From assembly GCA_025458985.1 (NCBI GenBank), contig JALORM010000001.1, positions 1 through 42,821 on the forward strand: a stretch of 42,821 nt of DNA. Direction: 5' to 3'. The stretch's first letter is position 1. Every line of letters starts with the position of its first letter. Source of the DNA: Paracoccaceae bacterium. GTDB lineage: Bacteria; Pseudomonadota; Alphaproteobacteria; Rhodobacterales; Rhodobacteraceae. Shown in pieces: positions 7,269 through 15,323 of this stretch. Under the pieces are notes generated by a model. It saw only the letters and a list, made by a program, of their open reading frames with translations. It was not told the DNA's origin and searched no databases. A program made the translations under genes and the position numbers.

Positions 7269-7499
7269 ATGCCCGCCGCGCGCCATGCCTTCGTCCCGCG
7301 CCTGCTGCCCGCTCCGGCGGCGGCGCACTATCTCGGCGTGAGCGAAACGACGCTGCGCGGCCTCGGCATTCCGCGGCGGCGACTGGAAGGCAAGCGGGTC
7401 TACGACATCGCAGACCTTGACCTGTACGCCGACAGCCTCCCCTATGAGGTCGAGGGGAGGCCCAGCACATGCGCCGGCAGATTCGGGCGGCCACGGTGA
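7269..7499 (+). CDS. xis: excisionase-like helix-turn-helix protein
   Basis: Internal ATG at 7269. LLPAPAAAHYLGVSETTLRGL...GKRVYDIADLD is an AlpA/Xis-type HTH. The gene lies immediately upstream of int and overlaps it. Confidence 0.6.
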   Translation: MPAARHAFVPRLLPAPAAAHYLGVSETTLRGLGIPRRRLEGKRVYDIADLDLYADSLPYEVEGRPSTCAGRFGRPR

Positions 7500-8554
7500 C
7501 TCTGCGTGTCAAGATCGTCCACGCGCGCGGGCGGCGTTACGTCTACACCGCCACGCCACCGCGGGTGCGACTTCCTGACCTGCCGTTCGACCACCCTGAG
7601 TTTCTGGCCGCCTACGCGCGCGCCACGAGCGGCGCAGTCATACCGCGGCGCATCGGGGCCGGCACCATAGCGGCGGCCGCTGCACTGGCCGCCGGCTCGG
7701 CAAGGTTCAAGATGCTGGCACCAGCCTACAGGCGCGCGATGCGGGCCGAGTTCGACGCGATCCTGGAACAAGCTGACGACGCGCTGATCGCAGACCTTCG
7801 CCCTGCCGACATCCGCGACGACCTGCGCCCGCTGGCGCCCCACGCTGCCCGGAAACGGCGCAAGGCGTGGCGGATGATCTGCGCGGCCGCGATCGAGGCG
7901 CAGTTGATCGCGGAAGACCCAAGCGCCACCGTCAAGCCGCCGGCCCCGCCCCGGACGGACGGGCACGAGCCGTGGTCGCCCGACGAGGTTGAACGGTTCC
8001 GCGCCCGCTGGCCTGTCGGGACGCAGCAGCGCGCGATGATGGAACTGATGCACTGGACCGGCGCGCGGATCAGCGACGCCGTCCGCCTCGGGCCGGGGAT
8101 GGTCGACGGCGACGGCGTGCTGACGTTCCGACAGGGGAAGACCGGCGGGCAGAGCTACGTGCCCTGGACATGCCCGCTGCCGCCCTACGCGGCAGGGATG
8201 GCGGCCGACCGGGCCGCGATGCACGCGGCGTTGGGGGCGATCCCGCGGCACATGACCTTCCTAAGCACAGCGCACGGCAAGTCCCGCTCGACGAAGGCCG
8301 CAGCGTCCTACCTGTCACAGGCAGCGCAGGCCGCCGGCCTGACGGACCGCACCGGCCACGGGCTCAGGAAGGCGCGGGCCATCGCGCTGGCCGAGTCGGG
8401 CGCGACGACGCACCAGATCGGCGCATGGACGGGCCACGCGACCCTGGCCGAGATCGAGCGGTATACGAGGAAGGCAAGCCGGCGCGCAGCGGTCATGGGA
8501 ACGGAACAAGACCGGAACACAGGAAAACGCCGGAAGGGTTCGGGAAAACAATGA
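7469..8554 (+). CDS. int: tyrosine recombinase / phage integrase
   Basis: Motifs TGARISDAVRL (Arg), HGLRKA (HxxR) and ERYTR (catalytic Tyr region) are present. Confidence 0.9.
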   Translation: MRRQIRAATVTLRVKIVHARGRRYVYTATPPRVRLPDLPFDHPEFLAAYARATSGAVIPRRIGAGTIAAAAALAAGSARFKMLAPAYRRAMRAEFDAILEQADDALIADLRPADIRDDLRPLAPHAARKRRKAWRMICAAAIEAQLIAEDPSATVKPPAPPRTDGHEPWSPDEVERFRARWPVGTQQRAMMELMHWTGARISDAVRLGPGMVDGDGVLTFRQGKTGGQSYVPWTCPLPPYAAGMAADRAAMHAALGAIPRHMTFLSTAHGKSRSTKAAASYLSQAAQAAGLTDRTGHGLRKARAIALAESGATTHQIGAWTGHATLAEIERYTRKASRRAAVMGTEQDRNTGKRRKGSGKQ

Positions 8555-8614
8555 CCCGAATCCAAATGAAAGCAGGACGTTACGGCGTCTACTGGCGGCC
8601 CCGTCAGGACTGCG

Positions 8615-8630
8615 CAAATCGTACGATTTG
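8615..8630. repeat. perfect 16-bp palindrome CAAATCGTACGATTTG
   Basis: Read directly from the sequence; it is self-complementary. Confidence 0.9.
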
Positions 8631-8643
8631 AACGGGTTGTACG

Positions 8644-8694
8644 AAAAACGCGCCGCCCGGGGCCGCTATGGCCGTCAATGGGTTGCGAGGCGCG
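8644..8694 (-). terminator. possible intrinsic terminator for gene 8707..9108
   Basis: On the minus strand, CGCGCC...GGCGCG arms with an inner GGCC-N5-GGCC stem are followed by TTTTT. Confidence 0.3.
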
Positions 8695-8706
8695 ATGGAA
8701 AACGTC

Positions 8707-9108
8707 TTACATCCCAACGCCTTCCAGCGGGTAGATCAGGAACACCTGCGTCGCGCCTTCGTGCACCTCGGCCTCGGGCGGCTCGACGATCAGGCCGTCT
8801 GGCACGGTGATTGTCACGCGGTCGGCGCGGCCCAGATCGCCGGGCGCGCCGGCGTCCACCTCGATCAGGTAGCCCGCTTGCACGTCGGCCCAGGTCACGT
8901 CGCCCTCGTGCCGCGTGGTGTGGCGATTCTGGTTCCAGAACGTCACCTGCGCCAGCGCGCCCGGCGCGTCCGTCGGGCCGATCTGCAGCGTTGACGGCGA
9001 GGATGCAGGCCCCCACTGCACGGCGTCCTGCGCGGCAGCGACCCAAGCAAAGTTGGAAGCGGCGAGGCAGATTATAGCAGACAGGCGGTTCGGTATAAGG
9101 TCGCGCAT
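8707..9108 (-). CDS. secreted hypothetical protein (moron next to the att region)
   Basis: N-terminal signal-peptide-like LSAIICLAASNFAWVAAAQD. It is separated from the lysis cassette by a 187-nt gap. Confidence 0.65.
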   Translation of the reverse strand: MRDLIPNRLSAIICLAASNFAWVAAAQDAVQWGPASSPSTLQIGPTDAPGALAQVTFWNQNRHTTRHEGDVTWADVQAGYLIEVDAGAPGDLGRADRVTITVPDGLIVEPPEAEVHEGATQVFLIYPLEGVGM

Positions 9109-9295
9109 GGGCTTCCCCTTTCGGCCAGTTGTGCTATGCTCCCCGCCGGGCGCTCCCGCCGGAGACCCAAGTGAGCGCGGCGGCGTGGAAAGCAGACACG
9201 CACAGCCAAGATGCCCCAGAGTGCGAGCCCAGGGGATGAGGAAGCAAGCGGGGCCGCCGCACGGCGCCCGAGCCGGAGTAGCGTCCGGCCCGCGC

Positions 9296-9532
9296 TCACC
9301 GCCGCCACCCCGGACAGTTCGCCGCGCCGTAGCGGTTCTGCGTGTCGATGGCTACCGCCTCCGCGCGCGCACCCTGCACCACCACCTCCGCCACCGGGCG
9401 CGGGAACTCGATAGGCCCCTGCACCACGTCGCAGAACAGCCCGGCCCCGATCTGCGGCGCACAGGCGCTAGTCGCGGCGAGTGAGACGATCAACCAGAGC
9501 CGGGTCATCCTGCGTGTCAGCGTCGCGCGCAT
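9296..9532 (-). CDS. putative o-spanin (small outer-membrane lipoprotein), overlapping the i-spanin gene out of frame
   Basis: Signal sequence plus the lipobox-like LAATSAC. The mature part is small and Pro-rich. The start (9532 or 9508) lies inside 9468..9698. Confidence 0.5.
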   Translation of the reverse strand: MRATLTRRMTRLWLIVSLAATSACAPQIGAGLFCDVVQGPIEFPRPVAEVVVQGARAEAVAIDTQNRYGAANCPGWRR

Positions 9533-9698
9533 GGCGGTTCCTTTCCTCGATGGTGCTCAGCCGCCCCTCGGCGGCCTTGGCGCGGGTGCTATGGTTGGCG
9601 TCGCGGCGGCCCTTCAGGTACAGCCCAAGCGCCGAGAAGACGGCGACGGCGCCGGCAGCGATGTAGGGCCAGAGCCCGCCGATCAGATCGCCGATCAT
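9468..9698 (-). CDS. putative i-spanin (N-terminal TM, charged periplasmic part)
   Basis: Internal ATG at 9698 in an ATGA overlap. The TM segment is LWPYIAAGAVAVFSALGLYL. It sits at the end of the lysis cassette. Confidence 0.5.
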   Translation of the reverse strand: MIGDLIGGLWPYIAAGAVAVFSALGLYLKGRRDANHSTRAKAAEGRLSTIEERNRHARDADTQDDPALVDRLTRRD

Positions 9699-9907
9699 CT
9701 GCGCAGCCCCTTGAGCGCGGCCCTGGCGCGAGAGCCCAGGTACCACAGCAGCGCACCGGCGCCGACGATCAGCGCGACGACGGTCTCGACCGCCTCCGGC
9801 GAGGTCAGGTGAGCATCGGCGCCGGGCGGCAACCACCCGCCGGCCGCAAGCCGGCCGGCCAGCACGTACAGCCCGATGCGGACCATGACGATCAGTTCGT
9901 CTTTCAT
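9695..9907 (-). CDS. putative holin (70 aa, two hydrophobic segments, basic C-terminus)
   Basis: Internal ATG at 9907. Translation is MKDELIVMVRIGLYVLAGRL...VVALIVGAGALLWYLGSRARAALKGLRR. It lies adjacent to the endolysin. Confidence 0.45.
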   Translation of the reverse strand: MKDELIVMVRIGLYVLAGRLAAGGWLPPGADAHLTSPEAVETVVALIVGAGALLWYLGSRARAALKGLRR

Positions 9908-9929
9908 GTCGGTTCCCTTCGGTTGAGGA

Positions 9930-10634
9930 TCAGAACGGCCACCACGAGGCGATCCACCCCGTGAACTCGGCCCATTTCGCCGCCAGCGCGGCGCCGCCCG
10001 CCAGCACCAGCGCGGCGATCCCGCCAGCGGCTGCGCCAGACCCCTGTTTTTTGCCCGCTGGCGGCGAAGTCGGGGCGGGCGTGGAGGGCTGCAGGACGAG
10101 AGGCGGCTCTGCGGGGCGCTGTGGGGCCACGGCGTCGCGCAGGGCATCGGCCCGCACGTCGGCCACCCGACGCGTCCATCCCTTGCCGAATGTCGGCCAC
10201 GTTTTGAGCCGGCGCAGGAATGCCATCCGCTCGTCGCAGAGTGCGTTGATCGCGCCGGCGACGGAAACCGCCCTAGCCGCGCTCAATGTGACCGGCCCGA
10301 TCTTGCCATCCACGGCAACCCCGAGCACCCGCTGCAGCGCCTTGACCGCTCGGCCGGGGCCGGAGTTCACGGCGTAGTCCGCCACGGCGTAGTCAAGGCC
10401 AGCCGGCAGTTCGTCGGCCCGCACGGCATCCCAATATTGCGCCTTGTAGACGCGCACGGCCTGATCAGTCGTCAGCGCCTTGAGGTCTGCCACCGTACCG
10501 TTGCGGCTGATGTATCGCCGGAACGTGGCGAGCGTGATTCCCTTGTTCGTCGGGCCGCCCGGGTCGCTGGGATGGTTCACGTACCCGCCCTCATGCTTGA
10601 GAATGCGGGGGATGCAGATTGCAGCCCGATCCAT
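9930..10634 (-). CDS. endolysin with a GH108-type N-terminal domain, a peptidoglycan-binding domain and a C-terminal hydrophobic anchor
   Basis: ILKHEGGYVNHPSDPGGPTNKGIT matches the GH108 signature. A Pro-rich linker is followed by GGIAALVLAGGAALAAKWAEFTGWIASWWPF. Confidence 0.85.
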   Translation of the reverse strand: MDRAAICIPRILKHEGGYVNHPSDPGGPTNKGITLATFRRYISRNGTVADLKALTTDQAVRVYKAQYWDAVRADELPAGLDYAVADYAVNSGPGRAVKALQRVLGVAVDGKIGPVTLSAARAVSVAGAINALCDERMAFLRRLKTWPTFGKGWTRRVADVRADALRDAVAPQRPAEPPLVLQPSTPAPTSPPAGKKQGSGAAAGGIAALVLAGGAALAAKWAEFTGWIASWWPF

Positions 10635-10655
10635 CGGGAATCCTTTCGGTTGGTG

Positions 10656-10889
10656 TCAATCCCTGCGCGGCAGGCGGTCCTTCAAGACCTGCAGCGTGGT
10701 GTTCGCCTCGCGCTGTTCCTCGATCAGGTCGTGCAGCAACTTGACCACCTCGGCGCGCCACGCCTCGTGCGCATCCGGCGGCGGCGGAGGCTTGGGCGCC
10801 CGCGTCGTCAACCACCACAGAAGGTAAATCACCCCGCCTGTCGGCCCGAGCGCCTTGACCAGATCAGGAAGAAGGGTGGTCGGGTCCAT
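10656..10889 (-). CDS. type II membrane protein (possible holin/antiholin or second spanin-like protein)
   Basis: TM segment GGVIYLLWWL, a PPPPP linker and a helical tail ending DRLPRRD, similar to the i-spanin tail DRLTRRD. Confidence 0.55.
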   Translation of the reverse strand: MDPTTLLPDLVKALGPTGGVIYLLWWLTTRAPKPPPPPDAHEAWRAEVVKLLHDLIEEQREANTTLQVLKDRLPRRD

Positions 10890-11289
10890 GAAGCGCCTTC
10901 CAGAGCGTAATCAGTGACAGGGGCGCAAGCATGGTACTGGCGTAGAGCCCGATGACGAGCTCGCCACCCGTATGAATCGCCGAGTACGCGAGCGCGAGAA
11001 ACTGGCCGAGGCTGATCGCGGACCCGAATGCGACCATGCCCCGGTTTGGCGGGTGAATGAGTCCGATGTAGGTCAAACCGCCGCCCGCCATCATGGACGC
11101 AGCCCATAGCTCGGCGCGGAACGATGTCGCGAACCTGCCGAACACGTCGGCCGAGAATGCATCCCCGCGCAGCGACGATTCGATCCAGAACGCCGCCCCG
11201 ATCAGGACGTACTGAATGGCAATCAGCCGCAACACGGGCTGGCCGAGCCATTCGTGCCAGACGTCGGAAACAATGGTCCGTACGTTCAC
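10864..11289 (-). CDS. polytopic membrane protein, paralogue of 11286..11729
   Basis: GTG start in a GTGA overlap. It shares the FWIE..L.G.AFSA.VFGRFATS...WAA.MMAGG block with its neighbour. Confidence 0.65.
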   Translation of the reverse strand: MNVRTIVSDVWHEWLGQPVLRLIAIQYVLIGAAFWIESSLRGDAFSADVFGRFATSFRAELWAASMMAGGGLTYIGLIHPPNRGMVAFGSAISLGQFLALAYSAIHTGGELVIGLYASTMLAPLSLITLWKALHGPDHPSS

Positions 11290-11729
11290 CTACCCCTCCA
11301 CCAGACATGCGCCGCCACCAGCGCCAGCCCGAGGATCGGCCACCACAGCGGGCCGGCGTAGGCCAGCCCGAAGGCGTAGAAGAACAGGTCGTTTCTGCTG
11401 TCCTTGCCGCGCCCGCCGATCATCAGATGCCACGCCTCCCAAAGCACGCCCAGAAGGGCCGACCCGACCGTGACCATTTCTCGCCTCGGGGGCCGCAGTA
11501 GCCCGACAAACAGCAGCACGCCGCCCGCCATCATGAAGGCGGCCCACATCTCTGCCGGATAGGACGTCGCGAAACGCCCGAACACCTCTGCGCTGAATGC
11601 CTCGCCCTGCAAGCCTGCCTCGATCCAGAAGAGCGAGCCGATCACGGCAAGCGCCAGCGCCGCCAGCTTCAAAAGCGGCTGTTCCAGCCATCCGTCGAGG
11701 ATCACGCACCCGATCCGAAGAACAGTCAA
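11286..11729 (-). CDS. polytopic membrane protein with an N-part like 10864..11289 and a C-terminus like 11726..12070
   Basis: Probable TTG start at 11729 (TTGA overlap). The upstream part of ORF 11286..11879 is Arg/Gly-rich. Confidence 0.55.
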   Translation of the reverse strand: MTVLRIGCVILDGWLEQPLLKLAALALAVIGSLFWIEAGLQGEAFSAEVFGRFATSYPAEMWAAFMMAGGVLLFVGLLRPPRREMVTVGSALLGVLWEAWHLMIGGRGKDSRNDLFFYAFGLAYAGPLWWPILGLALVAAHVWWRGR

Positions 11730-12070
11730 CGCCTTGCCTCCCGTGCCACCATGACCATCAGCCCCAGCGCCAGGACCGACGCCGGCCACCAGCCCGGCCC
11801 GTAGAGCGCGCCCCACAGGACGAAGCCCGCGTCCTGCGCGCCGTCCCGCCAAGCGCCGCCCCGGCGCAGGTCGCCCCACTCCTTCGCCGCCCAGTAGGCG
11901 GCCGCCATGGCCAGCGCGCCTGCGCCGCCCTGCCAGCCGAAGTGCTGAATCAGCGCGGCCCCCACCAGGGCGTGCGCCATGCCGACGACGCCGGCGATGT
12001 AGGGCGTCTGATCGCCTCCAGGCGTCAGCAGCTCGGCGATCACGCGACGAAGGACGGCGGGCCGGGACAT
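11726..12070 (-). CDS. membrane protein (114 aa)
   Basis: Internal ATG at 12070 in a TGATG junction. The C-terminal motif YGPGWWP..LALGL resembles YAGPLWWP.LGLAL of the neighbouring gene. Confidence 0.6.
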   Translation of the reverse strand: MSRPAVLRRVIAELLTPGGDQTPYIAGVVGMAHALVGAALIQHFGWQGGAGALAMAAAYWAAKEWGDLRRGGAWRDGAQDAGFVLWGALYGPGWWPASVLALGLMVMVAREARR

Positions 12071-12381
12071 CAGGCCGGCACCACGTTCTGCGCGACAGTC
12101 ACGTTGAAGACGGTCCCTTGGTGATCGTTCTCCGCGTAGCGCACCGCGACCTCGCCGACGCCGCGCCCGTGCGGAATGCGTTCCTCGTTCCAGGTGGCCT
12201 CGAACGACACGCCATCGCTTCCCGGCGCGACCACGTCCGCCGCCAGAAGACTGCCAGCGACGCGCAGGTAGGCGGCGCACGTCGCAGACGCCACCGATCG
12301 GGGCGTGACGCCATCGGCCTCGTAGACCGGGATCCGCAACTGCCAGGACTTCAAGGCCACCAGATCGAACTCGGCAGTCAT
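12070..12381 (-). CDS. hypothetical virion/fibre-associated protein
   Basis: The ATG at 12381 forms an ATGA overlap with the fibre gene stop. An alternative ATG lies at 12393. Confidence 0.6.
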   Translation of the reverse strand: MTAEFDLVALKSWQLRIPVYEADGVTPRSVASATCAAYLRVAGSLLAADVVAPGSDGVSFEATWNEERIPHGRGVGEVAVRYAENDHQGTVFNVTVAQNVVPA

Positions 12382-13880
12382 GCACCCCTCCATTTGAACG
12401 GCAGCGCGCCACGGGCGGCGGCAACCGGCACGATTCCGACCGCGCCGACCACCACAACAGCCGGCACCGCAAAGACGATGGCGATCTCGTCGTCGGCGGT
12501 AAATTCCCCGACGATCTCACGCTCCGCGCGGAACACGGCGGCCGCGGCGATCGCAGCCGACCGGCGCAAGGCTCGAACCGGCGAACCTGCGAACGCCGAA
12601 GATGCGACGATCCCCGCAGCGCGGCGGCGCGTCAGCCCTGGCAGCGCCAGAAAGGTCGATGCCGCCACGGCGCTCGCGGCACGGCTGAAGAGCGAAACAG
12701 CCTCGGCCGCCGCCGTGAACGTCGAGGTCGCGGCCGCGCTGGCCGACCTGCGAAGCGTGCGGGCCGCAGTCGCCGCGAGACTGCTTCCCGAGGCAACCGC
12801 CGCAGCGCGACGCCGGACAAGCGCATAGGCCGCGCCGAACGACGAGGCCGCCACGACCTGCGCAGCACGCGCAATCACCGCTGCGGTTTGCGCCTCGGCC
12901 ACGAACGTCGACAGCCCTACGACCCCCGCCGAGCGGCGCAAGGTTCTGATGGCGCGCGCGGCAAACCCGCCGACCGAGACAACTTGGGCCGACCTCGACC
13001 GCAACAGCCTGCCGAGCGCCGAGAAGGAAGACGATGCCCCTACGGCCGCCGGCCGACGCAAGGTTACTGCTGCGGATGCCGAAACGCCGCTGACCGCCCC
13101 CGCGGCCGCCGACCTTCGGAGCGTACGCACTGCCGCAGCACCAAACGTGCCGACACCGACAATTGCGGCGGCGCGGTTGAACGGCCCACCAGAGGCGCCA
13201 GCATCGAAGATCAGGCTGTCGAAGACAGCCGGATCGAATACCGCGTCGACGCCAGGTGGCAGCGTGAAAGTGATGGCGGTCAGCGCGTCGTTGAAGAAGT
13301 TCGTCGTGCGACCCATCGTCACAGCGATCGCGCGCGCCGTCTCTTCGCTCAGGCCCGTCGCGGACGCACCGTGCAAGTGCACGCTCGAACTGCTGGCGTC
13401 CTCGAAGTCCTCGGTCGCGCCGGTCCAGTCTGCGGTGGTCGTGTCGTACTGGTAGACGAGCACGGCCAGAAGCTCACCATCCTCCGGCACGTCGATGGTC
13501 AGCGAGTAGACGCCAGAGGCATGGGTATCGTCGATGGCGATGTCGCTGAAGGTCGGCTCGCCGACATAGCGCGCCACCGCAACAGCCGTGTCGTAGAGCG
13601 TGCCGTTCGCCGTCACCGCGACCGCGGCGGTGGTTCCGGTCGGCACGTTGGCCTTCCAGTACCCGATCCGCGTGAACCCCTCGCTCTGGATCGATCCCAT
13701 CTGCGTGGCGGTCTCGCCGCCGATGGTGACGCCCGAAAACCCGGTCGCGGAGTCCGGCAGGATTGCGACGGCCGCAATGATCCAGCGGTCGGCGTCAGCC
13801 GCGCCTACGTCCAGCCCAGATACGGTCTGGGTCGTTTCGTTTCCCGGGCCGCTGGCGACACCGCCGTCAAGCCACGCCAT
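12378..13880 (-). CDS. tail-fibre-like protein with about eleven degenerate 20-aa Arg/Ala/Ser repeats and a hydrophobic C-terminus
   Basis: It sits in the fibre cluster. The repeat unit is R-[SA]-A-x-x-V-x-x-S-x-F-x-A-x-x-x-R-T-L-R. The C-terminus is IAIVFAVPAVVVVGAVGIVPVAAA. Confidence 0.7.
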   Translation of the reverse strand: MAWLDGGVASGPGNETTQTVSGLDVGAADADRWIIAAVAILPDSATGFSGVTIGGETATQMGSIQSEGFTRIGYWKANVPTGTTAAVAVTANGTLYDTAVAVARYVGEPTFSDIAIDDTHASGVYSLTIDVPEDGELLAVLVYQYDTTTADWTGATEDFEDASSSSVHLHGASATGLSEETARAIAVTMGRTTNFFNDALTAITFTLPPGVDAVFDPAVFDSLIFDAGASGGPFNRAAAIVGVGTFGAAAVRTLRRSAAAGAVSGVSASAAVTLRRPAAVGASSSFSALGRLLRSRSAQVVSVGGFAARAIRTLRRSAGVVGLSTFVAEAQTAAVIARAAQVVAASSFGAAYALVRRRAAAVASGSSLAATAARTLRRSASAAATSTFTAAAEAVSLFSRAASAVAASTFLALPGLTRRRAAGIVASSAFAGSPVRALRRSAAIAAAAVFRAEREIVGEFTADDEIAIVFAVPAVVVVGAVGIVPVAAARGALPFKWRGA

Positions 13881-13883
13881 CGC

Positions 13884-14828
13884 TCAATAGTCCGTCTCGA
13901 TGTAGAAGGACGCGATGTCCAAGCCGACTGCCGAGGCCGTGGCATTGTTCGACACCCACGCGATCAGAGCGGCGAGAAGCACGCTGCTGTCGGGAACGAC
14001 AGCCGCCCCGCCCGACAGGGTTCCGGTCGCCACGTCGCCCGTGTTGAGGCGCGTAACCTCGTAGTGGATCGTCCCGGTAGAGGTCGGCGGGGAGAAGAGG
14101 GCCATCTCGTACACGTCCGTGTTCGCCGTCTTGGCCGGGAAGTTCGCGCCCAGAGCGATTGGCGTCTGTGCCGACGTGCCCCCATAGAAGATGGAGAGGT
14201 TGCTGTCCGCCGCGCCACAGCCCACGCCGACCGAGTTCACGAACCCCGAGGGCTCGGCGTTGGTCGGGGCGCTGGTGATCGGCCGCATTCCGACAAACAT
14301 CCGCATGTCCGAAGTGAAGGCCGCAACCCCGAACCGGACCACCATGAAGAAACCGCCGAGCCCCGCGCCATCGCCAGTGGTGTATTGAAGCGCCCCCTGC
14401 CGCGCCCCGCCCAGCGATCCGGCAGTCGCCGCGCTGACGTAGCCAAGCCGGCGCAGTCGCGCGAACAGGTTCGTCGTCGCGACGTTGCGGGCCGTGGCCG
14501 TGCCAACCGCCGACATCGCCGCCAGACCGAACACGCCGGGAACCGTGGTCGCGTTGCCAGGCGGAACCCAGATGCCGACCTTGTTACGGGCGATCAGCGC
14601 TTGTAGCGCACTGTCAAGACCAGAAGGCCCGACGAAAGCCGGCAGCATCCGGTTGGCGATGCGCCGCCCAAAGATCCCGACAGTATCGGCGGGCGGCGCG
14701 GTGGGCGCCGACACGAGCGGGAAATCTACCCGACCAGTGATGGCGTGCTCGTCGTTCCAGGCGTCGACAGAAACCTGCTTCGTTCCGTCGTTGGTGCCCG
14801 TGGCCGTGACGCTGTGCGTTATAGGCAT
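13884..14828 (-). CDS. tail fibre/virion protein (N-terminus MPITHS..., C-terminus YIETDY)
   Basis: Internal ATG at 14828. The sequence pattern is recalled from fibre-region proteins of proteobacterial phages. Confidence 0.65.
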   Translation of the reverse strand: MPITHSVTATGTNDGTKQVSVDAWNDEHAITGRVDFPLVSAPTAPPADTVGIFGRRIANRMLPAFVGPSGLDSALQALIARNKVGIWVPPGNATTVPGVFGLAAMSAVGTATARNVATTNLFARLRRLGYVSAATAGSLGGARQGALQYTTGDGAGLGGFFMVVRFGVAAFTSDMRMFVGMRPITSAPTNAEPSGFVNSVGVGCGAADSNLSIFYGGTSAQTPIALGANFPAKTANTDVYEMALFSPPTSTGTIHYEVTRLNTGDVATGTLSGGAAVVPDSSVLLAALIAWVSNNATASAVGLDIASFYIETDY

Positions 14829-14838
14829 CTGCGCCTCT

Positions 14839-15222
14839 TCAGCTAAGCGAAACGTCGAGATCGCCGATCGCGAACGTGATCGTATCGCCGTCACCCACCG
14901 TCGCCGCGTCGATGTCATCCCATGCCAGCAGGTTGCCGCCCGACGCAGCATCGAAGATGCCAACGGCAACCACGGTGCCGAAGCTGCCGCCAGACGCGGT
15001 GAAGCTGACCGCGCTGGTGTTCGAGATAGCGCCGCCGCTCGCGGCGCCGAACGTGATGGCCTGCCGGGCATATCCGGCGCCGCTGACCTGCGTACCGCCA
15101 CCGGCGTCGGTCGGGGCCGCGGTGTAGAGCGCCAGGTAGACCGCCGCCGGCGAAGAATAGGCCGAGTTTCGGAAAACGTGGTCCAGAAGTTCGTTTTCCA
15201 GGAAGTCGGAGAAGCTGCTCAT
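14839..15222 (-). CDS. conserved tail-fibre-region protein
   Basis: Internal ATG at 15222. The pattern FLENELLDHVFRN...GYARQAITF...GIFDAASGGNLL is a recurring phage structural family. Confidence 0.65.
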   Translation of the reverse strand: MSSFSDFLENELLDHVFRNSAYSSPAAVYLALYTAAPTDAGGGTQVSGAGYARQAITFGAASGGAISNTSAVSFTASGGSFGTVVAVGIFDAASGGNLLAWDDIDAATVGDGDTITFAIGDLDVSLS

Positions 15223-15323
15223 TGTCGCCTCGCTTGTTCGAAGTTGAAGTCCACCGACCGCTTGCCCCAAGGCAAAGACGGCCGGATTGATCGCCGCCGG
15301 GCGGACCCGGCATCACGCCGGCG

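Larger units (their letters stand above)
8555..8706. other. candidate attP region between int and the convergent moron
   Basis: Non-coding, lower-GC gap directly after int. It contains a perfect 16-bp palindrome and a GTACGA direct repeat. Confidence 0.35.

Noticed and set aside
8555-8706. A tRNA gene or tRNA 3' fragment at the att region.
   Set aside because: I could find no T-arm-like GGTTCGAATCC-type sequence and no cloverleaf here or in any other intergenic gap. No tRNA is called.
8668-9077. Plus-strand ORFs 8668..8994 and 8811..9077 next to int.
   Set aside because: They lie antisense to the signal-peptide-bearing ORF 8707..9108 and are Arg-rich, so they are judged shadow ORFs.
12378-13880. 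Possible diversity-generating retroelement target, since this is a repeat-rich fibre gene.
   Set aside because: No reverse transcriptase ORF and no template-repeat copy of the variable region exist anywhere in the genome.
12888-14606. A 572-aa plus-strand ORF, and similar long antisense or off-frame ORFs (for example 17482..18675, 20745..22100, 27096..28418, 30010..30921, 37114..38460, 15287..15856).
   Set aside because: These are Arg/Pro/Gly-rich translations lying opposite well-supported structural genes. They are typical shadow ORFs of high-GC DNA with few stop codons.
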